Origin: a virus
Taxonomy: Duplodnaviria; Heunggongvirae; Uroviricota; Caudoviricetes
Length of the DNA stretch: 41,192 nucleotides
Virus record (IMG/VR): IMGVR_UViG_3300014047_000001
Location: 64,001-105,192 of that record
Reading direction: 5' to 3' (one strand)
Shown: positions 31,801 to 41,192 of the stretch, in pieces
Layout of the letters: each line of letters starts with the position of its first letter
Numbering within the stretch: position 1 is the stretch's first letter
Position numbers and translations under genes: made by a program
The notes under the pieces: model-generated
Database searches by the model: none
What the model saw: only the letters and a program-made list of their open reading frames with translations
Told to the model about the DNA's origin: nothing

Positions 31801-34800
31801 AAAACACCTGCAGTAGCAGCAGTTCCACATACGGTAAAATCTTATGTAGATAATGCTGTTGCTAATGTACATGTAGATATAGATGCAAGTAATATCTATA
31901 CAAAATCTGAAGTAGATCAAAAATTTGTTGATCTCATTGGTCAGGCACCTGAAACATTAGACACATTGAAGGAACTTGCAGATAAGCTCAGTGATGAAGA
32001 TACATCATTAGGACAATTAAATGCAGTACTTTTAAATAAAGCAGATACATCTAATACTTATACAAAATCTGAAGTTAATACTTTATATAATAATATAAAT
32101 TCTTCTTTAAATTATTATGTATTAAAGACAGATTTAGACGATACAGAAAAAGTAATAGCAACCACATTAGTTCAGTTGAATGAGTCTGTTACAAATATAG
32201 ATGCAAGTATTATTAATATCAGACAAAATGCAGGTTCAGTGAATCCAAATGATTTATCTATATATGAACTTAAAGAAGATTTGATAAATGACTTATCTAT
32301 ATATGAATTAAAGTCTGACTTGGCAAATGACTTATCAATCTATACATCAAAAGCATATGTTGATCAAAAATTTGTTGATCTCATTGGTCAGGCACCTGAA
32401 ACATTAGATACATTGAAAGAAATTGCAGATAAACTTAGTGATGAAGATACTTCATTAGGTCAACTAAATACAATACTTGCTGTTAAAGCAGATACATCTA
32501 CTACTTATACAAAATCAGAAGTAAATGCTTTAATACTTCCTGCTGATTGGGATAATAATGATCTAGAATCATCATAGTTTATAAAGAATAAACCATTTGG
32601 TACTTATAGAGTAACAAAATATAATGAATATAGTAGTAATAATTTCCAATTAAATAATCAATTAGATAAAACAGCGGAAGGTCATTTATATCATTCAGAT
32701 TTTAACTATATAGGTTTAAGTAATGATTTATCAAATGTATTTAGAACTGCTAATAATAGATTTATTGTCTATGTTAAAGGAAAATATGCAGGAATATATA
32801 AAATATTATATAGTAATACTTATGATGCTTATTATACAGACAATTATGATTTTATGTATTATAAACCTGTAAATAATTCTAAATATGAATGGGCATTTAA
32901 GTCTCATACTCCAAATTAGCTTTCTATTGCATGGTTAGATATAAATGATGTATATACTACTGTAGAAAAAGAAACATTTACATTATCAGATTTTGTATTC
33001 TATTTCTTAGATAATAATGGTGATATTATTTTAAATACGCCAATAGAATCAAAATATGTCAATATTAATAATATTATTTCTGATAAAGCAGTTCCTGCTG
33101 AAGATAAACCTTTTGGTGAAATATTTAAAAATATTATTATTAGCAAAACTGATATTTATAATGAATCTGAATAGGCATTTAATCAAACAGGTCCATCTCA
33201 TGGAGGCGTAAGTGGATTAATATTCTCAGAAGTATTACTGGCAGGAGATATAATTATATTGGAAGTTGATGGAGAAGATTATGGTGCAGCAGAAGTAATA
33301 AGTGAAGCTTATGGTGGTAGTTTTATAAAAATTGCCGGTATTGGTGATTATGATTCTTTCCCATTTAAAACTAATTGGTCATTATTTGAAAGTGGTAGTG
33401 CTTATACCCTTGCTATTAATGATGTAAACAATAATTTAAAATCTGGTACACATTCATTAAAAATTAGTAAGGCAATAATAGGTAAAGCAGATGATATTAA
33501 GAAAATTGCATCTAAATATATAGATTATAATAGCTATATAGAAGATAAGTCAATATCTGATTCAGAAAAACCTTTTGGTGAATATTATTATTATAGTGAA
33601 GAAGAGGATTTCTTAGAAACAACTGCAACAACACCAGCAATAGATGCACATTATTATTTCTACCCATGGGCAGGTTCTACTGAAAAATATCCGACACCTT
33701 TAGAAGAAGCAGATAGAGTAAATATTTACATTGATAATGTATTAATGTTTACTTGTATAATACCTGTAAGATTTTCTGGAGTAAGTTTTGATAATGGTGT
33801 AACGTTAGCTCCTAATAGTGCAAGTAATATTTCTAGCATATGTATAAGTTATAATGAGTCTCATTGGAAATATGAAGCATCTACTGAATATAAAGTTACT
33901 TTAAAAATACAACATAGATTAGCAGGTATTAAAACACTAGATGCTAAATATATACCTAGTAGCTTATTATCAAATTATGTTACTGTTGCTGATATAAGTG
34001 CAAATGAATATGTTATTGCTTCTGCATTAATAGAATTGAATAATAATAAAGCTGATAAGGATACAATATATACAAAGTCAGAAATTGATAGTATTATTGA
34101 GAATCTTGATACTGGTGTAGATCCAAATGACTTATCTATATATGAATTAAAGTCTGACTTGGCAAATGACTTATCTATATATGAGCTTAAGAGTGATTTA
34201 ACTAATGACTTATCTATATATGAATTAAAGTCCGATTTAGAAAATGATTTATCAATTTATGTTTTAAATAGTTCATTAATTGAAATTGAAGAAGTTATAT
34301 CTGGTGCTATTTCAAGTTTGAATACTAATAAAGTTGATGTTTCTGTATTAAATGATTATGTACAGAAAACTGCATTAGAGAATTCTGAAAAGGTAATAGC
34401 TGCTGCATTAGTTCAATTGAATGAATCTGTTACAAACATAGACGCAAGTATTATTAATATTAAACAAAATGGTACTATAAATTCAAATGACTTATCAATC
34501 TATGAACTTAAAGAAGATTTGATAAATGACTTATCAATATATCAACTTAAATCTACATTAATAAATGATATTTCTATGTATGAGCTTAAGTCTGATTTGA
34601 AAAATGATTTGTCAATCTATGTATTAAATTCATCTTTAATCGATGTCGAAGAAGTTGTTGCAGAATCTATTACACAATTGAATGATGCACTTGATGAATT
34701 ATCAGGAAATGTTTATACAAAAGATGAAATAGACAATCTTATAATAACATCTAATGACTTATCTATATATGAATTAAAGTCCGATTTAGAAAATGATTTA

Positions 34801-36750
34801 TCTATATATGAGCTTAAGAGTGATTTAACTAATGACTTATCTATATATGAATTAAAATCAGACTTGGCTAATGATTTATCAATCTATGTTTTAAATAGTT
34901 CATTAATTGAAATTGAAGAAGTTATATCTGGTGCTATTTCTGGTTTGAATACTAATAAAGTTGATATTTCTACATTAAATGATTATGTACAGAAAACTGC
35001 ATTAGAGAATTCCGAAAAAGTAATAGCTACTGCATTAATTCAAATAAATGACTCTATTGCAAACATAGACACAAGTATTATTAATATTAAACAAAATGGT
35101 ACTATAAATTCAAATGACTTATCAATCTATGAATTAAAATCAGACTTAGCAAATGATTTGTCAATCTATGAACTTAAAGAAGATTTGATAAATGACTTAT
35201 CTATATATGAATTAAAGTCTGACTTAGCTAATGACTTATCAATTTATGAATTAAAATCAGACTTAGCTAACGATTTATCAATCTATGCATTAAAGACATA
35301 TATCGGTACATTACCAAACAAGACTGAAAATATTTACTATACTCAAGAAGAAATAACAAACGCTTCTGTTGGCGATGATGCATATGGTAAAACAACTGCT
35401 GATATAAAAACTCCTGCAACTCAATATAAAGATTTAATAGAAGTTATTGAGGACAATGAAGAAGTTACCGCAGCTGCTATTGTAGACATGAATAATAAAG
35501 TTACTGATATAAGTACAACGTTATCAGAGATATACACAAAAACAGAAATTGATGCAAGTATTAATGATCATTATTATACAAAATCTGTTACAGATAATAC
35601 ATTTGCTACAAAGGAAAGTCTAAAATTAGTCGCTACTTCTGGCTCATATAATGACTTAATTGATAAACCAAACATTGACTTAAACAGAGAAACGGCAGAT
35701 GGACTTTATCAGCCAAAAGGCAATTATTTAACTGAACACCAGTCTTTAACAGATTATGCGAAAAAAGCAGATATAAGTTAGGGTTATTATACAAAAGCTG
35801 AAGTTGATAATGCAATTTCTACTAATAATGAAAATTATTATACAAAAACTATTGCTGATGGTAAGTATTTAACTTCTAACGATATATCTACATTAGCAGA
35901 TAAATCTGAATTGCCTACTATACCTACAACAATTAGTTCATTTGAAAATGATAGCAAATATTTAGTTGCTAATGATATATCTACGAAGGCTGATAAATCT
36001 GAATTATTCAGTGGTTCGTATAATGATTTATCAGATAAGCCTACTATACCTACAACTATTGCACAATTAACAGATAAAGATGATTATGTTACAAATGCTT
36101 CATTGAACAAGCGTATAGAAGATTTGATTGGAACAGCACCAGAGAATTTAGATACACTCGGTGAAATTGCTACTGCATTAAGTGATAGTAGTGATACCGT
36201 AGCTGGTATAGTGACAACACTTGCAAGTAAAGCAGATACAAATATGGTTTATACTAAAGCAGAAGCAGATGCAAGTTATCAGCCTAAAGGTAATTATCTG
36301 ACTGCACACTAGAGTTTAGCAAATTATTATACAAAAGCTGATATTGATGCAAGTATAATTGAATATGCACAGCCTAAAGGAAGTTATTATACACAATCGG
36401 AAATAAATACCAAAGTAACTGATATAAATACGTCTATAAATTCTGTAAAAACTCGCTTAGACAATATTGATGCATCATGGGTTAACTATTATATAAAATC
36501 TGAAATTGATACAACAGTAACAAAATTAGATACATCTATAAAAAATGGTGACAGCTCTATTGCAACACTTATGCAGAAAGTTGATAATATTTTCGGTAAT
36601 ACTGTAAAAATAGATAATGGTAATGATTCATCAACAATCAAAGACTATATAGATGATCAGATATATGTTTTAACACGTGCAGTAAACCTATTAAGTTCAA
36701 CATTAGAATAGGCACTTGCGCGTATAGATACTTTAGAAGGAAATGCATAA
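28816..36750 (+). CDS. Giant multi-repeat tail fibre-like protein (2,644 aa, TAG=Gln)
   Basis: ORFs 29500, 31543, 33259 and 35911 share one frame, and the gaps I translated contain no TAA/TGA. Repeats include GKSAY/WLASL, TPHIDxxTGNWFIG and APETLDTLKE; YLTEH-CAG-SL aligns with YLTAH-TAG-SL. Confidence 0.85.
34126..35290 (+). repeat. Coding 39-bp (13-aa NDLSIYELKSDLx) tandem repeats in four blocks, nested in a ~627-bp duplication
   Basis: 17 NDLSIY-type units here plus 3 near 32250-32345; the VLNSSLIEIEEVISGAIS block occurs at 34261 and 34888. Confidence 0.9.
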
Positions 36751-36757
36751 TATAAAG

Positions 36758-36788
36758 AATAAAGGGATCATTAAATGATCCCTTTATT
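36758..36788. terminator. Bidirectional terminator between the fibre gene and the RT gene
   Basis: AATAAAGGGATCAT-taa-ATGATCCCTTTATT. Confidence 0.75.
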
Positions 36789-38091
36789 TTAATATATAAT
36801 CTATATCATAATAATTTTTATCAAATGCTAATGATTTAATCTGTTTATATATGCATAATTTATCTATTTTCACTTCATCATGAATATATACATACTTGCG
36901 CCAATATTTTAACATACCACTATCTATAAGACATTGTTTCCTTATTTTATATGTTGCAAACGGTTTCAAAAATCCTAAGTAACTATTAATGACAGATGTA
37001 AACATTTCTATATCTTTTATAGGTATCTGATAATGGTTTTTATCCATATATTTAGCATACAAATGCCATTGCATTAATTTCTTTTTAAACGTTTTTACTG
37101 TTCGTTTCATTATATATTTTCTGCCTGGCTTTAAACAACATCCTATAAAATTTACACCGTTATGTATTTCCTAAAGATAAAATTTCCTTTCAGATAATTG
37201 TAAATATAAATGATTTTCCAAAAAGTCTTTTAATATCGGTACAATTTCAAGTAATTTATTTTTATCCCGGCTTATTATTATAAAATCATCTACATACCTG
37301 CCATATCCTTCTGTATTATTAAATGTATTTTCATCTTTATAAATAAACCCATGCTATAATACAAATTTATCTAATTCTGATAAAAAGAAATTTACGAATA
37401 TCTGACTGGTGAGATTTCCAATAGCAAAGCCTTTATCCTGATTTTTCGGTATATTAAATAATGATTTATGAAAAGCTATTGGTTTCCATGCTGCCTGGGG
37501 CATTTTTCTAATACAATTATACTGTGGCTTATTATATATTATTTCATTTATCAACCATAAATCATAATCATATTCTTCTGGTTTAATGTAGTTTTTTAGA
37601 AAATCACGGAATTTATAATATAAAAGATTTTTATCAATAGATACAAAACATGCACGGAGATCAAGTTTAAGAACATATGTAGGAATAGTATAATTATTAC
37701 TTATATTATAAATCTACTCATATATTCTGTCAATACCAAATTTTGTACCTTTACCTTCTCGACAACTGTATGTATCTAATATCCATTCATAGTTTTCTAT
37801 ATATTGCAATATGCGATTTATTATAAGATGATGAATAATGCGATCACGAAAATCAGCAGCAAAAATTTCACGGTCCGTTGGATAATGTACAACAAATGCT
37901 ATAGAATTACCAATATCATAGGATTTATTATTAAGTTCAAGATATAATTTATATAGCTCTTCATCTTCGTTAATTTCAAATTTTATAGAATTGACTGTAT
38001 TTCTCTTTCTTTTTCTACAATCTATATAAGCTCTATATAATTCTGAAAAGCTTACAAATTCATACTAAATTATATCAATAATATTATTCAT
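36784..38091 (-). CDS. DGR reverse transcriptase (435 aa, 4 TAG=Gln)
   Basis: AYIDCRKRKR, REIFAADFRDRIIHHL, YSCREGKG, LKLDL, GFAIGNLTSQ (DGR-type SQ), YGRYVDDF, YL-Q-EIHNGVNFIG. Confidence 0.95.
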
Positions 38092-38105
38092 TAATTTTAA
38101 ATAAA

Positions 38106-38146
38106 ATATATTAGCAACAATAAAAATTATTATGTTGCTAATATAT
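38106..38146 (-). other. Hairpin in the TR-RT spacer
   Basis: 14-bp perfect arms ATATATTAGCAACA / TGTTGCTAATATAT. Confidence 0.65.
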
Positions 38147-38196
38147 AAATGAAAATTAAATTTAAATAATGATTACAAATTATTACTATCTATAAT

Positions 38197-38335
38197 CTTA
38201 GGAAGGGCCTGCACCAATTACTGTTGTACTTATTGTTGTTGTTCAAGTTGCCATTGTTGGTATTGAAATTGCTACTGTTGTTAGCTGAATACTAAGTAGA
38301 CGACCAGTAATTGGTACCAGACCTTACAGGTGTAC
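38197..38335 (-). ncRNA. DGR template repeat (TR)
   Basis: AAC/AAT-rich 139-nt copy of the VR, located between avd and RT. Confidence 0.95.
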
Positions 38336-38610
38336 TACTGTATATTCGTAAAACAATACAGCAAATCCATAATGCAACACTTATTAGGCAAACAAGAATA
38401 TGCCAACATTTCATAAGTATTTCAATTATTTTATGAAAAGGCGTATAGTCTCTTCTAATATCACTCACCTATGATATAATTATATAATTTTTATTTTTTA
38501 TTATATAATGGAGTGTTCCTTATGAATAGATAACAATTATATAGCTCTACTAAACATTTTACTATATATCATTATTTTCTTTGTATGCTAATCCAGCAAT
38601 ATAATTTAAT

Positions 38611-39075
38611 TTATTCTGATTCGTTATTATCAGTATTAGTCTTTACCATATTTTGGATATTATTATTTTTTTGCTGAATATCCTTCTGAAGAGTATTTAT
38701 CCATCTATTCAAATCTATACCTAATGAAGATAAATTTGAAATAATCATATCAGTTTTATGGAGATCTAATATATGCTATTCATATAAAGTTTTTATACCT
38801 AATGATACATTTTTCAATGAACCTTTACTCTTCAGAGCATACTTATATTTAGTCTATATTTTCTTAGAATCATATGACACTGCCATATTCTTTATAACTT
38901 CTTGCATATTATTTATAATATCATAACCTATAGTTTCCCTTATATCTTTTCTTAATGTAGTGATAACAGGTAAATATAAATTATAAAATGTTTGTGATTT
39001 CTTCCAAATATTTGTATCAGAAAATGCTTTCTTCTATCTATATGGAGCATGTGTCACATCTTTCTCTATTTTCAT
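38611..39075 (-). CDS. avd: Avd-like accessory variability determinant (154 aa, 3 TAG=Gln), missed by the ORF track
   Basis: Basic helical protein (IWKKSQTFYNLYLPVITTLRKDIRETIG...LGIDLNRWINT) in the canonical position upstream of TR-RT. Confidence 0.75.
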
Positions 39076-39139
39076 TGTATTATTATATATTAATTTATAT
39101 ATTATATTATATTATATTATGATATTGTGAAAAGTTATA

Positions 39140-39152
39140 ATAAATATAAAAA
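39140..39152 (+). promoter_or_regulatory. Candidate late promoter ATAAATATAAAAA
   Basis: 14 nt upstream of the DGR target ATG. Confidence 0.55.
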
Positions 39153-39166
39153 AATAGTTAAAATTT

Positions 39167-40351
39167 ATGCCTTTTAGTAAACTATATAACAGTCGTTCAG
39201 AATTCTTAGCAGATTATTCAAATTTAAGCCAACTGGATACATGGGTAGCATATGATAAAGCAAATGTATATTTTAAAAATACATTTAATACATAGAAATA
39301 CAATTTATACGATGTTTTATATGCATCGTCTGATGGTATATTGAATATAACCGGCGACGGTACACCAATTGCCGTATGTGCAATACCTTCTTCACATATG
39401 CCTGATGGAAAAGCAAGATTCATAGCATTAAAAGATTGTACTAATTCAGCTGGTGAATAGCAAACATGGATATATGGCGGTTATACATGTTAGCTAAACA
39501 GCAAAGACTCAGAATTTCATAATTTAGGTTCCGGATGGGGTTATCCTTGTATAGGCAAACCGTCAACGGATGATGATCGTTCATAGCAAACAATATTCGG
39601 TTCATATCAGCAACTTCATTGTATGAATCAAGGACGAGGATTTCCTGCATTTGAATTTGATGATAATTCAGTATCTATTGTATATAATGGAAATACTGGT
39701 TATAAAGTTGCAGATCTTTTTGATGAGAAAACAAAACATTATGTCCGTTATGATTTACGAGATAATAGTACATCATCTCATGGTTGGGGAGGTACATTCG
39801 CTTCACCTTTTTTGACGGATAACAGTAAAAATACTGTATTTTTTATATAGAATTTCAATAATTCTAATAATGAAGCTATATTGTTTAATGGTAAAAGTTT
39901 AACATAGAAATTAGTAAATATTTCATTAGAAACTTTAGAAGCCAACGGTAATGCTACTATTTATAATGGTGAAACAGATACTATATAGAATTTATTAGGT
40001 TATAATGCATCAAATTTAGTATATAATGATGCATCTATTAATAAACGCATGGATGGATGCCATTTTTACCCTGCTGCATTGGCATGCTATGTATACAGTA
40101 CATTGGGTACATCTCCAGGAAATTGGTATTTAGGATCCGGTGGTGAAATGATGTATGTTTTTGCAAGATGTAAAAGTCTTAATACTGTTATTAGTTCTCT
40201 TGGCGGTACACCTGTAAGGTCTGGTACCAATTACTGGTCGTCTACTTAGTATTCAGCTAACTGCAGTAGCTATTTCAATACCTACATTGGCTGCTTGTTC
40301 TACATCGATAAGTACTGCAGTTTTTGGTGCAGGCCCTTCCTAAGCTTATGA
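39167..40351 (+). CDS. DGR target protein with a C-terminal CLec-fold-like domain (394 aa, 8 TAG=Gln)
   Basis: One frame from 39167 to TGA; PAALAC...GNWYLGSGGEM...YWSSTQYS...CRPF; VR at the 3' end. Confidence 0.9.
40206..40344 (+). repeat. DGR variable repeat (VR)
   Basis: Gap-free alignment to the reverse complement of 38197-38335; 16 mismatches, all at TR adenines. Confidence 0.95.
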
Positions 40352-40355
40352 CCGA

Positions 40356-40370
40356 AACCCCAACGGGGTT
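40356..40370 (+). promoter_or_regulatory. GC-rich hairpin just downstream of VR (candidate target-recognition hairpin)
   Basis: AACCCC-aac-GGGGTT, 4 nt after the stop codon and absent downstream of TR. Confidence 0.65.
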
Positions 40371-40382
40371 GAGGAATAAGCT

Positions 40383-40427
40383 GCGTTTATTTAATAGGGG
40401 CTTTGAGCGCCCCTATTAAATAAACGC
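40383..40427. terminator. 19-bp perfect inverted repeat between convergent genes
   Basis: GCGTTTATTTAATAGGGGC-tttgagc-GCCCCTATTAAATAAACGC. Confidence 0.65.
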
Positions 40428-40446
40428 CTTAAATTTTTTACAGTAT

Positions 40447-40962
40447 TTAATGAATCATATTTTTTAACTTAAATATAAAATCTACTATTTCCTGAATAGT
40501 TGAAGAAGTAATATTAAAATTTTTTATTTCATTTATTATATCATCATTATTCGCCGCTGCTGTATTTGTTTGCATTTGTATTTTTTCTATTTCATTATCA
40601 TTATAAGCAGGGGAATTCATCAATTCTAAATATTGTTCTTTTAGCATATCAAAATCTATATCATTAATATTTAGATATATTTTTATAATATTCTTATCAT
40701 CTGATATACTTATATATAATTTTTTATTCTGCTGTTCCTGTGATAGTTTTTCAATAATTTTATCGCACGGGCCACCAATTTTCAAAATATCACTTTTTAT
40801 ATATTTTACATATTTCTTTTTCAGAGTATAATGTGGCATAATTAATTTATAAAAAGAAAATGCGCTGAGATTATAAGCATTATAAAAATTTCCGTTTTTA
40901 TATAGAAATATAATTTTTTCTGTATTTTCCTTTTCTTGATTTATTATTTCTTTAATACTCAT
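40447..40962 (-). CDS. MutS domain I-like DGR accessory protein (MSL-type)
   Basis: IFLYKNGNFYNAYNLSA resembles the MutS-I GxFYE motif; adjacent to the DGR target. Confidence 0.65.
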   Translation of the reverse strand: MSIKEIINQEKENTEKIIFLYKNGNFYNAYNLSAFSFYKLIMPHYTLKKKYVKYIKSDILKIGGPCDKIIEKLSQEQQNKKLYISISDDKNIIKIYLNINDIDFDMLKEQYLELMNSPAYNDNEIEKIQMQTNTAAANNDDIINEIKNFNITSSTIQEIVDFIFKLKNMIH

Positions 40963-40982
40963 TTATTTACAATAATTTTTAA

Positions 40983-41011
40983 ATTATATTTTATATTCTT
41001 TATAAAGTCAA
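40983..41011 (-). promoter_or_regulatory. TTGACT-N17-TATAAT upstream of the MutS-I-like gene
   Basis: Near-consensus sigma70 elements 20 nt before the ATG; the AT-rich background lowers significance. Confidence 0.3.
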
Positions 41012-41192
41012 TTAATCAAATAAATAAAATATAATAAATCTTTAAATATATGTTTATATATAATAACAAGCAACCTATAAAAATATTAAATCATTCGACA
41101 TACGTAAATCATTATAACCATTAATTTTATATTATTAAACATATCATTAGAAAGTATCAAAAACAATAGATTTATCAACAATAGATTTCTCA

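Larger units (their letters stand above)
36784..40962. mobile_element. Diversity-generating retroelement (RT, TR, avd, target with VR, MutS-I-like gene)
   Basis: All components are visible, and the TR/VR mismatches are adenine-specific. Confidence 0.95.

Noticed and set aside
32248..35290. 39-bp repeats as a CRISPR array
   Set aside because: They abut without spacers, vary largely at synonymous positions and lie in a coding frame; no cas genes are present.
25878..36750. A second VR in the fibre genes
   Set aside because: I saw no match to TR at their 3' ends by eye; remote targets outside the window remain possible.
38061..38063. Alternative RT start at 38063
   Set aside because: It is out of frame (ATG AAT TTG TAA); the in-frame ATG is at 38091.
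36784..38091. RT as a group II intron, retron or Abi RT
   Set aside because: It has the SQ motif, an adjacent avd and TR, and an adenine-specific TR/VR pair; no interrupted host gene is evident.
39101..39120. (ATTAT)4 in the divergent avd/target intergenic region as a phase-variation switch
   Set aside because: It is short and expected in very AT-rich DNA; read-level length variation would be needed.
1832..39650. Short antisense or alternate-frame ORFs in the track (e.g. 1832, 5386, 6331, 7985, 17209, 24814, 29483, 39214)
   Set aside because: They are shadows of well-supported overlapping genes.
38197..40344. TR/VR as IS terminal inverted repeats
   Set aside because: No transposase lies between them, mismatches are adenine-only, and VR is coding.
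1..41192. tRNA (including an amber suppressor) or rRNA genes
   Set aside because: I recognised no cloverleaf or rRNA-like sequence; tRNAscan-SE or ARAGORN would confirm.

Overview
This is an AT-rich, gene-dense segment of a large bacteriophage that reads TAG as Gln (genetic code 15). It is most consistent with a Lak-like megaphage of Prevotella/Bacteroidota; that assignment is inference from the recoding, a Bacteroidota-type OmpA and a TAnnTTTG promoter. The ORF track treats TAG as stop, so it fragments or misses many genes. The left and middle parts carry a PTP-like phosphatase, OmpA, RecA/UvsX, a two-module BspA/DUF285 protein, GMP reductase/IMPDH, a degenerate GT11+GT92-like fusion, an HEXXH protein, ClpP, an AAA+ ATPase and several paralog families. 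The right part carries three tail-fibre-like genes (one of 2,644 aa). These are followed by a complete diversity-generating retroelement (DGR): RT, TR and avd on the minus strand, a divergent target on the plus strand, downstream hairpins and a MutS-I-like accessory gene. The target's VR differs from TR at 16 of 139 positions, all TR adenines. Also visible are three candidate promoter classes and a recurrent (N)E-AFDF / GFxF N-terminal peptide signal shared by unrelated proteins.
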